In this document: piece by piece, positions 37,901-46,326 of the stretch
How positions within the stretch are numbered: position 1 is the stretch's first letter
How the letters are laid out: each line of letters opens with the position of its first letter
Virus record (IMG/VR): IMGVR_UViG_3300029258_003649
Direction: 5' to 3' (one strand)
DNA: 64,000 nucleotides
DNA from: an uncultured virus (IMG/VR IMGVR_UViG_3300029258_003649)
Lineage: Duplodnaviria; Heunggongvirae; Uroviricota; Caudoviricetes
Made by a program: the position numbers and the translations under genes
The notes under the pieces: model-generated
What the model was told of the DNA's origin: nothing
Databases searched by the model: none
Seen by the model: the letters and a program-made list of their open reading frames with translations, nothing else

Positions 37901-38581
37901 GCTGAAGCAGCTAAGGGAGGACCCGACCTGGAAGGCGGTGGTGGATTGGACGATGGGGATGGTGATCGAGGAGTTATCCCGCCGCAAGAACTCGGAGGAA
38001 TCCTCAACGCCTCAATCGAAAAGTCCCTCGGAACCCAGCGCGACCGCGGCATCCAGCTGAAGAACATGCTGTATGACATCCAGCAGCGCGGCAAGCAGCC
38101 CGTCGGCGACGTTCCGTACGCTGAGCGTCGCAAGATGATCGAGGAGGTGCTACAATATCTTCCTCAGGACAAGTTCCATGTCGCCGAGGAGGAGACCACG
38201 CCCGAAGGCGCGCAGAATCTCTGGCGACAGATCGTTGAGGGCAAACATCCGCTGACCCGCGAAGGCATCGTGATCCACCCGCCGACCGGGAAGCCGATGA
38301 AAGCCAAGCAGTTGGAGGAGTCAGATGTCCACATTCGAAGTATCTTCCCAGGACAGGGAAAGTACCACAATATTGGTGCCGGAGGTTTCGACTATTCCTT
38401 GTCGCCTGGTGGACCAACAGTGGGCCGAGTCGGTACCGGGCTATCAGACGATATGCGGCGAGATATGCATGCAAACCCGGACGCATACACTGGAAGAGTC
38501 GCTCGTATACGCTCGCAGGAGCAGCTTCCCTCTGGAGCTTGGCGTGCACCAGCCATGATCGGACTGCACGAAGACTACTAG
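34946..38581 (+). CDS. Polyprotein: unknown helical domain + HAD phosphatase + Pol-beta-type nucleotidyltransferase + LigD 3'-phosphoesterase + ATP-dependent DNA ligase
   Basis: IAVDLDGTLA...YIDDRG; MGSR...RDYD; VQRHDARRAGEHYDYR...LSWA...YGAGTV; AKIDG, GEIY, YDI, EGIVI, GRVGTG. Confidence 0.85.
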   Translation: MEKSAGFMDMLKALIEPLVRKWVESKGLVLGPFRPQGSLMDHLESQQFEDMKTNLMRQAASSDPAPRKILTGLATALGIDPKNIGGQVEDLTEGYAEVAPYFQRWSPEWWDTLHGSSGSTASLASAIADAHRYQDMDAPTAVGMAETIFDEFYSDPMKHRGFSARDLGKIYREGAKRGYFHVGMDPDQMVEEMTPVVGVASAVRDSMPSDYDRSDIAGIFEGIDKTLPAYGNQGWGEMEKHIRTTKHLSPERGGLMAAALRDTPLTGSRTTLPELEAQHARLTQQAAGSPVAAQLAATSRMVQDGLISENSEAARMLEEDPGALAAMNPQEWVAEVGRAGVDQQVAMTMMNQPNEQLITPSLAQAIRQQQYSLDIQPQIDQMHRAFPQKGKTWDSIRSGEQTRIAKGMGYNNWAHLQQLHGKPLQNVQNVRNRAQRLGQQEQMTSHLAQSGPVERVIDDIKRGPTMGSLTTSFFNIQPMQKMSAHQTTIAVDLDGTLAKQMKPYDNNKVGDPRPGAKEAMELLKKKGCKIIINTVRGNDKLVSSWLKEHEIPYDHINENPDQPPGASDKPLADLYIDDRGVDARPAWRKVIEKVVPRIDRMRKEGAEEVLPEDIMQQLLDRSELMGSRGRALKYGRPEPEGRDYDRFIFTDDPNDQQAIMEQMRSLAPLGYQMRERPGGMMTAASPTQDFSVYPTAKRDQIHKAWELIEGGMTKDEAWDQINKQADYRPLGIPDKKNFGDPSKLADIVDMFVQRHDARRAGEHYDYRVGSPETGLLSWATKPTELPEPGQKRFMRQQPVHSHWYGDFQGTIGGTGYGAGTVRQEQKQRVMITKASPTKLEYTVASSGVPERFILLKPEKWGDRDWLLINATPKEVIPYEKVRYKKVPAENVEPLLGQMQEGSSVQAKIDGASSLIKLMRNGAEVVSYRTSKKTGRPIVHTERFFGGRPEMEIPKELVGTVLKGEIYGTRPDRSTQLPSAQPGRAVAEAAKGGPDLEGGGGLDDGDGDRGVIPPQELGGILNASIEKSLGTQRDRGIQLKNMLYDIQQRGKQPVGDVPYAERRKMIEEVLQYLPQDKFHVAEEETTPEGAQNLWRQIVEGKHPLTREGIVIHPPTGKPMKAKQLEESDVHIRSIFPGQGKYHNIGAGGFDYSLSPGGPTVGRVGTGLSDDMRRDMHANPDAYTGRVARIRSQEQLPSGAWRAPAMIGLHEDY
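37842..38060 (+). CDS. Nested +1-frame ORF in an insertion of the ligase domain
   Basis: Codon bias switches to this frame over ~37842-38000 while the host frame reads as a G/D-rich loop. Confidence 0.4.
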   Translation: MEPDRIEAPSCPPPSQDEPSLKQLREDPTWKAVVDWTMGMVIEELSRRKNSEESSTPQSKSPSEPSATAASS

Positions 38582-38612
38582 CCCGTGGTACAATGAAGGT
38601 TTGGGCCCAAAT

Positions 38613-38628
38613 TTATTCAGGAGAATAA
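38613..38628. promoter_or_regulatory. parS-like palindrome TTATTCAGGAGAATAA (overlaps SD)
   Basis: TTATTC-N4-GAATAA. Confidence 0.55.
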
Positions 38629-38635
38629 AATTGCT

Positions 38636-39700
38636 ATGAGCGATAGCAGCCAGAACTGGGCGATTGTGCCGCACCGGGTGAAGGAGCTGTACGTCAAGTA
38701 CGCCGCCGACGCCCACGCTGCGTACGAGGCTGATCCAGGGGCCCCTGGCTGGACCGTTGTCACCGACGAGTTCGGCCCGCTGTTCATCAAACGGGCTGAA
38801 AGCCTGTGGTCACGGGACGCCCTGCCGACGATCGGCGCGGCCGGTCGAAACATCCAGCGCATCCTCGGCGGACCGAATCCAGCGACCGCTGCCCTCCTGA
38901 TGGGTGGGTTGGGTGCCGGGCTCGGCTACACCGGCGGGTGGCTGGCCAACAAGCTGTTCCCGAAGTGGGTCGACGAGAGCGCCAAGAAGAAGTTCTCGAT
39001 CGCCGGCGGCCTTGGCCTTGGGGGACTTGCTGGGTTGTTCCACGGCTACCCCAACGTCAAGCACTACGGTATCAAGGGCCTGTTCAAGCCTGCGCCGATG
39101 CAGGGCGGCCCTGCGTACCCGACGGGTCCGTCGGTCCCACCCAACCAGCGATCCTGGACTGGGGACCCGCAGGCACAGGCGCCGAGCGAGGCGCTTGGCT
39201 ACGAGCCACCGTACGATCCCGGTCCGTACGAGGATTGGAAGCGCGAGTTCGGCAAGATGTCGTCCGACCGCTTCGGCGAGATGCTGCAGCGTGCTGAGAA
39301 CAAGTACATGTTGAAGTGCGCGCAGCCCGACTGGATGGGCATCGGCCGCGCGGCAACCCGACCGATCCGCAACATGGCCGGGTCGGTGCTTGAGAACTAC
39401 GATGTGTTCAACAAGGACCAGTGGGGACGCGTCATCGAACGCGATCCGTTCTTGTCGGCAGCCAACAAAGTTATCGCGACAGCCGCTCCTGCCGTAGCGG
39501 GGTACGCCAAGCGTTCCAACTGGGTCTCGCCGGTAGACGTCGCCAAAGTGGCGGCTGGTGCCGGGCTCGGTGGCGCATTCGGCATGGCCATCGGGAAGAT
39601 CGGCGGAGCCTTCCTTGGTTTGACACCGGAAGCCCAACATGGTATCCAGAGGGGTGGTATGCTCGCAGGAGCGATCAAATCACTTACTGGAATCGTGTAG
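38636..39700 (+). CDS. Glycine-zipper virion-associated protein
   Basis: GGLGAGLG, GAGLGGAFG; KYA, KRA, KMS, KCA motifs. Confidence 0.7.
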   Translation: MSDSSQNWAIVPHRVKELYVKYAADAHAAYEADPGAPGWTVVTDEFGPLFIKRAESLWSRDALPTIGAAGRNIQRILGGPNPATAALLMGGLGAGLGYTGGWLANKLFPKWVDESAKKKFSIAGGLGLGGLAGLFHGYPNVKHYGIKGLFKPAPMQGGPAYPTGPSVPPNQRSWTGDPQAQAPSEALGYEPPYDPGPYEDWKREFGKMSSDRFGEMLQRAENKYMLKCAQPDWMGIGRAATRPIRNMAGSVLENYDVFNKDQWGRVIERDPFLSAANKVIATAAPAVAGYAKRSNWVSPVDVAKVAAGAGLGGAFGMAIGKIGGAFLGLTPEAQHGIQRGGMLAGAIKSLTGIV

Positions 39701-39707
39701 GATCACA

Positions 39708-40385
39708 ATGAGTAATCGTCGTCCGCGTCTGATCCGGATGAACCGCGGGGATCGCCCCGACGGGGCACTCTCTCCGGAACAATACCTCGAGATGGCGTCC
39801 GAGATGTCGGAGGAGCTGCGCGAGCTCGAGGAACGCCGCGAAGAGTTGATGCGTGAACGTGCGCGCGTCCGTGACGCTGCGAACGGTACGGGTATGCGTG
39901 ACCGCAGCCAGGCGGCTGCAAGCGAGTACCAGCGCACGCAGAACATCATCTCGATGCTCGACGAGGCGGCACGGCAGGCGCGGGACACGCAGAACGGCGT
40001 GCAGCAAGTTATGCAGATGCACGAGCGGCTGTACAACGAGCACGGCGAGGAGTTCAGGCGGCAGAGCGTAATCAAGATGCACACACTGCCGGGCGGCAGG
40101 CCCGACATGACCGTGTACACGGACCAGGTGCGCAGCTCGGCGTCGCCTGACATCGTGATCAACGATGTGCACAACCTGCCGCAGCGGCAGCAGCACGAGC
40201 CGGTGCCGGAAATCGCGGCAAGCATCTCATCGACGATGCGCGAGATTCAGGAGACAGGCCACTACCCGACACTCGAAGACCAACTAGCAGGAAGGGGTCC
40301 AGTTCACGACACACGCCGCACGCCCAACGAAACCCGCGACTATATGCGAGAGTTCGTTCGCGAGCTAGTGCGCCGCAACCGCTAG
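39708..40385 (+). CDS. Lysine-depleted coiled-coil protein
   Basis: 1 Lys in 225 aa; N-terminal RRPRLIRM. Confidence 0.7.
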   Translation: MSNRRPRLIRMNRGDRPDGALSPEQYLEMASEMSEELRELEERREELMRERARVRDAANGTGMRDRSQAAASEYQRTQNIISMLDEAARQARDTQNGVQQVMQMHERLYNEHGEEFRRQSVIKMHTLPGGRPDMTVYTDQVRSSASPDIVINDVHNLPQRQQHEPVPEIAASISSTMREIQETGHYPTLEDQLAGRGPVHDTRRTPNETRDYMREFVRELVRRNR

Positions 40386-40395
40386 GGAGACAATC

Positions 40396-41055
40396 ATGGA
40401 TAGAATCAGCATCCCGTACAACAAAGCAAGGAAGTACATTCTTGACGGCGACATCCTGCTCTTCCGGGGCCGGATGCCCGTCATCGCACGCGCAATCCGC
40501 GTGTTTACCAACTCCCAGTACGCCCACGTCGGCGTAGCAGGTTGGTCGAACGGTGACACCGAGAACCCGCTGGCAGATCTGATGATCTACGAGATGCTGC
40601 CCGGCGGAGGGCGGGGCGTCAAACTGTCCAGTAGGGTGGAGAGCTGTCCGGGCGACATTGACGTCTACCGGGTCGCCGACTACTTCACCACGCTGCGCTG
40701 GAACGATGCGCTGGGCATGGTCAGTGGCGATACCCACGTCTTCGACAGGCGCAAGGCTGTATCCCTGATGCGCGACTTCTGCGCACCGGGGAACTACGGC
40801 ATGATGCACCTGATGTGGGTAGCATTCAGCCACCTACCTATTATTCGGTGGTTCATCAAGCCGCCGACGGACGACGCTCTCGCAGAGAAGAAGCAGGCAC
40901 CGATCTGCAGCGAAGCCACGTCATATGCAGTCCGCCACTCGTTTACCGACCTGGTGAGAAACACCGCTGACAGCTTCACGACGCCGGGCGATCTCGGCAA
41001 GTCGCCGCTGTTGCACTACATGTTCACCCTCATGCCACCCGAGGCAACTGAATAA
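40396..41055 (+). CDS. Permuted papain-like NlpC/P60 enzyme (YaeF/YiiX, C92)
   Basis: GDILLF, TNSQYAHVG, ICSE, TPGDL. Confidence 0.85.
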   Translation: MDRISIPYNKARKYILDGDILLFRGRMPVIARAIRVFTNSQYAHVGVAGWSNGDTENPLADLMIYEMLPGGGRGVKLSSRVESCPGDIDVYRVADYFTTLRWNDALGMVSGDTHVFDRRKAVSLMRDFCAPGNYGMMHLMWVAFSHLPIIRWFIKPPTDDALAEKKQAPICSEATSYAVRHSFTDLVRNTADSFTTPGDLGKSPLLHYMFTLMPPEATE

Positions 41056-41060
41056 CTGCC

Positions 41061-41089
41061 TTGACCTTACGACACGGCAGGCAGATAAT
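41061..41089 (+). promoter_or_regulatory. Sigma70-like promoter TTGACC-17-GATAAT
   Basis: Near-consensus hexamers and spacing, intergenic. Confidence 0.65.
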
Positions 41090-41126
41090 AGCGCAGTACA
41101 CACCACCCACTACAAGGAGGACTCAC

Positions 41127-41564
41127 ATGCGAGGCCAAAAATTCGCAGTTCTGTTTTTCGCGTTTATGCTGATGTCGCCGTTGATGTTCATGGGCCCCGC
41201 GCCCTACGGCGTCTCCAGCGAAGCCACTCCGATTACCATTCCGGCCCAGATTACCACTGGCGCTGAGACGATTCTCATCGGAGACGGAGAGGAGAAAAAG
41301 GCAGAGTCCAGCGACGCCGGACTCACGCGGCGCCAACGGCGCAAGCTCGGCCTTACCTTCCGCAATATCAGGAAAGTCGCGAAGGAACTGAACGCTGCCG
41401 GAGAACTGAGCCCTGACCGTACGGTCGCGTCGGCTCAAGTCCTGGCTGTACTTACCGAAGAGAATCCGCGCGCTTTCGAGGAGGAAGCCGCCGCTATCGA
41501 CTGGGATTCGCTGTTGGACTTCATCGAACGGCTGATGTCGATCATCATGAAGTTCTTCATATAA
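41127..41564 (+). CDS. Exported/membrane protein with C-terminal amphipathic helix
   Basis: Signal-like N-terminus; IDWDSLLDFIERLMSIIMKFF; AAGGAGG SD. Confidence 0.75.
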   Translation: MRGQKFAVLFFAFMLMSPLMFMGPAPYGVSSEATPITIPAQITTGAETILIGDGEEKKAESSDAGLTRRQRRKLGLTFRNIRKVAKELNAAGELSPDRTVASAQVLAVLTEENPRAFEEEAAAIDWDSLLDFIERLMSIIMKFFI

Positions 41565-41585
41565 GGCGCGAATAGCGCCCACACT

Positions 41586-41616
41586 GCCGCTGCCCGCTGT
41601 GGGCAGCGGCTTTTTT
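41586..41616 (+). terminator. Rho-independent terminator
   Basis: gccgctgccc-gctgt-gggcagcggc-tttttt. Confidence 0.85.
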
Positions 41617-41638
41617 CCCACACCAAAGGAGTGAAGCA

Positions 41639-42436
41639 ATGAAACCCTTCCTGAGCATGTTTGCTCTGTTCCTGATGCTGTTCGCCACGTCGGCGTACGG
41701 CATCGTCATTGACGGCCCGACGACGTGCAAGGTAGGCGAAACTGTGACGCTCCGCATTAGCGACGTGCAGTTCGACATCGATGCTGATGCACGGCTGGGC
41801 GATATCTGGAAAGCAGTCCGTCAGGTGCAAATCCAGCACGGCGACGAGCTGCTCGGTGTCGAAGTACGGATGAAGTTTGTGCCAAACGGAGTACAACTGA
41901 TTCTTGAGGCAGAGGTTACGCCAAAAGAGAACAGTGATGCAGTGATCCTGGCAATCGACCGTACGAATAAAGACTTGGCCGTGTTACCTGCTGCGATCCA
42001 CCTGATCAAGGTCGGTAAGGGAGGTCCGACGCCGGACCCTCAGCCAGAGCCGGACCCGGACCCCGATCCAGGCCCGGTGGAGAAGGGCCCCCGTTACTTA
42101 TTGTTCCTCCTAGAGAAACACCCGGTGGGCGACGCGTCTGTGATGAAGACGGCTGCCGAGTGGAACTCCCTGCTGACCCGGATGCGGGCGGAGGAGGGGA
42201 AGGGCGCATTCAAAGGCCATGTGATCAATGTGGTGGACGACGATGCGACGACCCAAGCCTATGCCCGTTTTCTCAATGGAAAGGACCCGGAGACGGGGGA
42301 GCCGTATCGGAAGAACAACGACCCGACTCCGACCCTGATCATTCTGGAGAAGAAGTCCGGAAAGATCCTGTGGCACGGTCCTGCCCCGAAGGGACTTGCG
42401 GAACTCAAAGCACTTCTCGCCGAACACGGAGGGTAA
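41639..42436 (+). CDS. Secreted protein with a Pro-Asp repeat linker
   Basis: Signal peptide; PTPDPQPEPDPDPDPGP; AAGGAG SD. Confidence 0.75.
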   Translation: MKPFLSMFALFLMLFATSAYGIVIDGPTTCKVGETVTLRISDVQFDIDADARLGDIWKAVRQVQIQHGDELLGVEVRMKFVPNGVQLILEAEVTPKENSDAVILAIDRTNKDLAVLPAAIHLIKVGKGGPTPDPQPEPDPDPDPGPVEKGPRYLLFLLEKHPVGDASVMKTAAEWNSLLTRMRAEEGKGAFKGHVINVVDDDATTQAYARFLNGKDPETGEPYRKNNDPTPTLIILEKKSGKILWHGPAPKGLAELKALLAEHGG

Positions 42437-42440
42437 AACG

Positions 42441-43295
42441 ATGGTAGCCGGACTTGTTCCTGAAAAACTGAAGGACGAGTGGTGTGACGTCGACTTCGAG
42501 GTCGCGTGCAAAGACGCGAACCGGTTGTGCGGTTTCCTGCCGGAGACCGAGGAAGAGCGTGAGATGTATTGTGCATCCACGCCCTTCGCCAACACCAAGA
42601 TCGATATCATCCCCGAATCCGACTGGCGGGAAGTCTACGAGATGAAGCAGGGCGTCACGCCCCGCATTCTCGGCGTCCCGACCAAAGACCAAGACGGGGA
42701 AGGCAGCTGCACCTCGTTCAACCAGACGATCGAATACGAGTACATGTTCGTCCAGAAGTACGGGCGTCAGTACTGGATCGAATTCTCGCCGCAGTCGCTG
42801 TATCAGCTCTGCGGGTCTGGTCCGGGCAGCGGCAGCTCGCTCTCCTGCAACATGGAGAAGATCCGCACCAGCGGCTTGATCCCGGCGGATACGCCGGCCA
42901 ACCGCGAGCGTTTCGGAGACATGGTGCTCAAGAACGTCGGCTGGTCGCAGCGGAGCAATCCGCGGCCGAGCGGCTGGCAGGAGTTCGCCAAGAACTTCCG
43001 CGTGAAGGAGTGGGTGCGCATCCGCACCATGGAAGAGTTTGTCACCTGCCTGTTGCTCGATCGCCCGGTCAGCTACGGACGCAGCGGTCACTCGATCTGC
43101 GGCGTCGCGCTGGTATGGCGCAACAACAGATGGTACATTATGTACCACAACAGTTGGGGCAACTGGGGCGACCAAGGCTTCGGCTACGATTCGCTTTCGG
43201 GTCGGCTGCTCGGCTACGGCTGCTACGCACCGATGTCGATCTACCACCCGGACATCGAAGGTCTTCCACTACCACCCGCACCACAAGGAGGCTAA
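42441..43295 (+). CDS. Papain-like C1 cysteine peptidase
   Basis: KDQDGEGSCT, SPQSLY, GHSIC, HNSWG.WGDQG. Confidence 0.88.
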   Translation: MVAGLVPEKLKDEWCDVDFEVACKDANRLCGFLPETEEEREMYCASTPFANTKIDIIPESDWREVYEMKQGVTPRILGVPTKDQDGEGSCTSFNQTIEYEYMFVQKYGRQYWIEFSPQSLYQLCGSGPGSGSSLSCNMEKIRTSGLIPADTPANRERFGDMVLKNVGWSQRSNPRPSGWQEFAKNFRVKEWVRIRTMEEFVTCLLLDRPVSYGRSGHSICGVALVWRNNRWYIMYHNSWGNWGDQGFGYDSLSGRLLGYGCYAPMSIYHPDIEGLPLPPAPQGG

Positions 43296-43296
43296 C

Positions 43297-43596
43297 GTGC
43301 CACGCAATTTGCGAAACATCAACTGCCAAGTCAGTAGCACCATGAGCCAGGCTCGGATGCTGCTGCGGCAACTGGCCGCCCATAAGGTGCCCGACGACAT
43401 CAACAGTGTCTTCGAGGGCGCCGGCCAGCTGGTCACCGAACTTCGCGAGCTCGTTGCGACCGTGAAGGTAGCCGGGATCACGGTCCACGGACCGCTGGGT
43501 TCCCGCCATATTGAACTTGGTGATCACACGGAAGGCAGCGGCCTTCTCGACATGATCACGAACCTTTTCAAAGATGAGGAAGAAGACGATGGCTGA
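43297..43596 (+). CDS. Hypothetical protein
   Basis: GTG start, AAGGAGG SD. Confidence 0.6.
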   Translation: MPRNLRNINCQVSSTMSQARMLLRQLAAHKVPDDINSVFEGAGQLVTELRELVATVKVAGITVHGPLGSRHIELGDHTEGSGLLDMITNLFKDEEEDDG

Positions 43597-44449
43597 TGAC
43601 ACCACCACCCCGGAACCGGATGACGATCACATCGACATCCCGGAACCGGAAGAAACCGTCGAGGCCCAAGGGCCCACCAAGGCGGTGCCGCAAATGTCGG
43701 CTGAGGAACTACGCGAGAAGTTCCTCAATGACCATGACGTACCGCACACCGACATCTCCCAGCCGCCCGCAGGGCCGGTGAAGGAGAAGCCGGCGTATGA
43801 GCGCGGTGCGAAGCTCCCCGAAATGCCTTCGGAGATCGCGGAGCAGATGCAACCGGACGGCACCTATCCCGTCAACATCTTGGAGGAGTGGGCGCTGTTG
43901 AACAAGGTCGACGATGTTCTGGAACGTGCCAAGGCTCAGCTTGGCGATCGCGGCTATGCCGTGCTGCGCGAGCGCGTCGTGGAAGCGATTCCGCACGTGG
44001 TCGAACTGGTCATGCCCGATCGGAAGCACGAGTGCGAGGAAGACTGCTCCGAAAAGACCGTCTGCGACGGAGACTGCGATTGCGACTGCGACGACACCAT
44101 CGTCGAGAAGGTCGTCGACCGCTGGCCGCGGCTCAAGAAGTACGCCGCGGTTATCGTCGCTGTCATTGGCGGGCTGATCGGCGGTTCTGCCGGCACCGTT
44201 GCCGTGCAGGAAGTCACGACTCCGCCCGCTATCGAGGATCCGGTCGTCGGCCCCGAGCTGCCTGACCGGGACGCCGCACTTGCCAGCCTCTACTTCGAAC
44301 TGTGCAAGCACGGCCATCCGCTGACCACGGACGAGGACGGCAACGTGTCGTTCACGATCCACAAGATGAGCGTCGAGGGCAACCGCGGCTACGACGCTAC
44401 GTTTCGTGCGACAAAGAACGGTCACCTGAACGTGACCTTGAAGCGATAG
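43589..44449 (+). CDS. Membrane protein with acidic and Cys-rich segments
   Basis: CEEDC...CDGDCDCDC; TM YAAVIVAVIGGLIGG. Confidence 0.7.
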   Translation: MADDTTTPEPDDDHIDIPEPEETVEAQGPTKAVPQMSAEELREKFLNDHDVPHTDISQPPAGPVKEKPAYERGAKLPEMPSEIAEQMQPDGTYPVNILEEWALLNKVDDVLERAKAQLGDRGYAVLRERVVEAIPHVVELVMPDRKHECEEDCSEKTVCDGDCDCDCDDTIVEKVVDRWPRLKKYAAVIVAVIGGLIGGSAGTVAVQEVTTPPAIEDPVVGPELPDRDAALASLYFELCKHGHPLTTDEDGNVSFTIHKMSVEGNRGYDATFRATKNGHLNVTLKR

Positions 44450-44456
44450 ACCTCTC

Positions 44457-44494
44457 GGCCACTGCGCCCGCCTTCGGGCGGGCGTTGGCTTTTT
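44457..44494 (+). terminator. Rho-independent terminator with cUUCGg tetraloop
   Basis: cgcccgcc-ttcg-ggcgggcg then ttggcttttt. Confidence 0.75.
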
Positions 44495-44506
44495 CAGGAG
44501 GGACCG

Positions 44507-45010
44507 ATGGAAACGCTACGCAACGGACCCGAGCCGATCCGGGAGCCGGACTACAACTACTGGTGTTGGGTCCCCGATCGCTGCCTCTGCTTCCCCGACG
44601 GCATTCAGCCGGAGCTCGACGTCTACGATGGCGACACGCTCAAGCTCGTCATCGATCTGGGCCTCAACCAGTTCGTCAGCCCGATGTACTATCGGCTGTA
44701 CGGCATCCAGGCCCCCGAGATCCGACCACGGGCAACGCGGCAAGCTGGCATTGCTGCCAGGGACCATCTGATCTGGCTGATCAAGGAAACAGCGTTCTCC
44801 AAACAGAGCAACGGGTTCCCGACTCCTGGGTACCGGCTGCTCGTCCGGACGTACAAAAAACTACGTCCTAAGCGGGATTATCGACCCAAAGCGGTCAAAG
44901 GCAAGTACGGACGCTACCTGGTCGAGCTGTACGGCCAGCGAGGGCCCAACCTCATCAATCTCAATCAGAAGATGATCGAGGAAGGGAAAGCTGTTGCATA
45001 TTCCCCCTGA
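44507..45010 (+). CDS. Thermonuclease (SNase-like)
   Basis: YDGDT...IDLG, RLYGIQAPE, GKYGRYL, NLN..MIEEG.A. Confidence 0.9.
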   Translation: METLRNGPEPIREPDYNYWCWVPDRCLCFPDGIQPELDVYDGDTLKLVIDLGLNQFVSPMYYRLYGIQAPEIRPRATRQAGIAARDHLIWLIKETAFSKQSNGFPTPGYRLLVRTYKKLRPKRDYRPKAVKGKYGRYLVELYGQRGPNLINLNQKMIEEGKAVAYSP

Positions 45011-45061
45011 CAAACCCCAGGCGGATCAGCTATCATAGGATGACATACGGAGAACCCTGCA

Positions 45062-45589
45062 ATGCCAGTACAAGAAGGCCCCCACTACCGTTTCCAGAAG
45101 TACGAGTTCTGGGCGGAACGTGGCATGATCTCACTCATCGACACGGAAGCGGCCGCGGACAGCGCCCACGCTAACGATCCCGACCAGTTCCACTGGCGGA
45201 TTCCTCCGGGCCAGTTCATGAAGCGGGCGGTCAGTGCACTCATGCACGATCCCGAGAAGTATCCCAGCCAGCGCCGCGAGCTCAAGAAGATGCTCGAAGA
45301 CGCCGCGGCTGCGTGCAAGCTGGCCAAGGCGCAGGGCGACCCGACTGATCCGAGCGTCATCGAGGATGTGGTCAAGCACCAGCGGAAGCGCTCGATCGTG
45401 CTTCCCGGAGAGCTGCCGCCCATGCCCGGTATGCCGGAGCAGAAACACAAGATCCAGAATCATGGACGATCCGCTGGCCAGATCCTGGAGAAGGGCGTCG
45501 ACGTGGTGCCCGACTTCACCATCAGCCCGCAGGAAATGCTCACACCCAAACGTGCGGAGAAGCTCAGAGCTAAACCTACAGGGAGGTAG
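45062..45589 (+). CDS. Hypothetical protein
   Basis: Native codon usage; upstream CTGACA-18-TATCAT. Confidence 0.75.
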   Translation: MPVQEGPHYRFQKYEFWAERGMISLIDTEAAADSAHANDPDQFHWRIPPGQFMKRAVSALMHDPEKYPSQRRELKKMLEDAAAACKLAKAQGDPTDPSVIEDVVKHQRKRSIVLPGELPPMPGMPEQKHKIQNHGRSAGQILEKGVDVVPDFTISPQEMLTPKRAEKLRAKPTGR

Positions 45590-45591
45590 GA

Positions 45592-45924
45592 ATGAACTCC
45601 AAAGAAGCTTTCAAGATCGGGTTCCTTCACAAGTGCGCTGAGGATGGTCTCACCCCGGACGAGACCCTCGAACGCGTTCGCCACGCCACGCTGCTGGTCA
45701 AATCCGCTGGTTGGGGCATGCCTACCATGGCCGCTCTGACGCTCCTTGGTGCCACGCCGTTCCTGGTCGGTACGACCGGCGGCTACGCGCTGCAGCAGAT
45801 GCGTGAGAACACCGGGCTCGACGCCAAGGATATGAAGAAAAGGGAGGTGATTGCGGAGTATCGACGCGCCGTTGACAGGATGAGACGCTTGCAACAGCGG
45901 GTCGCGCCTGACGCAGTCTCGTAG
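45592..45924 (+). CDS. Small K-x-A motif protein with a hydrophobic segment
   Basis: AFKIGFLHKCAE, LVKSAG; GGAGG SD. Confidence 0.7.
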   Translation: MNSKEAFKIGFLHKCAEDGLTPDETLERVRHATLLVKSAGWGMPTMAALTLLGATPFLVGTTGGYALQQMRENTGLDAKDMKKREVIAEYRRAVDRMRRLQQRVAPDAVS

Positions 45925-45927
45925 TAG

Positions 45928-46326
45928 ATGCAACATAGTAAGTACCATGGTGAACAGCATGCACGGTACGGCGGAACACTACATTGGCCAGGCGCCAATG
46001 GTGTGCCGCTGCTTGGAGATGCTGCACCATCGCTGAAGCAGCACGAGATCGAACGGCTGACCGTCCGCGGCACGGCGTATGAGCGGCTGTTCGACATGTC
46101 GCAGGAAGAGGACCGCGAGTACTACAACTGGGTGCGAGACCGCATCCGCAACGGCCAGTTTGTGAAAGACCACGAGACTCGCAAATGGCCTGACGATTGG
46201 GAGTATCCAAAAATCTGGCTGGAGTGGACCCAACTGTACGTACAGGCCCCTCCACAAGTCCAAGGCATAGGGAGCAACGGGCATGGAAGCCACAGACAAT
46301 TCACGTTACGACGCCCTGATGGATAA
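45928..46326 (+). CDS. Hypothetical protein
   Basis: Operon position; globular composition. Confidence 0.65.
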   Translation: MQHSKYHGEQHARYGGTLHWPGANGVPLLGDAAPSLKQHEIERLTVRGTAYERLFDMSQEEDREYYNWVRDRIRNGQFVKDHETRKWPDDWEYPKIWLEWTQLYVQAPPQVQGIGSNGHGSHRQFTLRRPDG

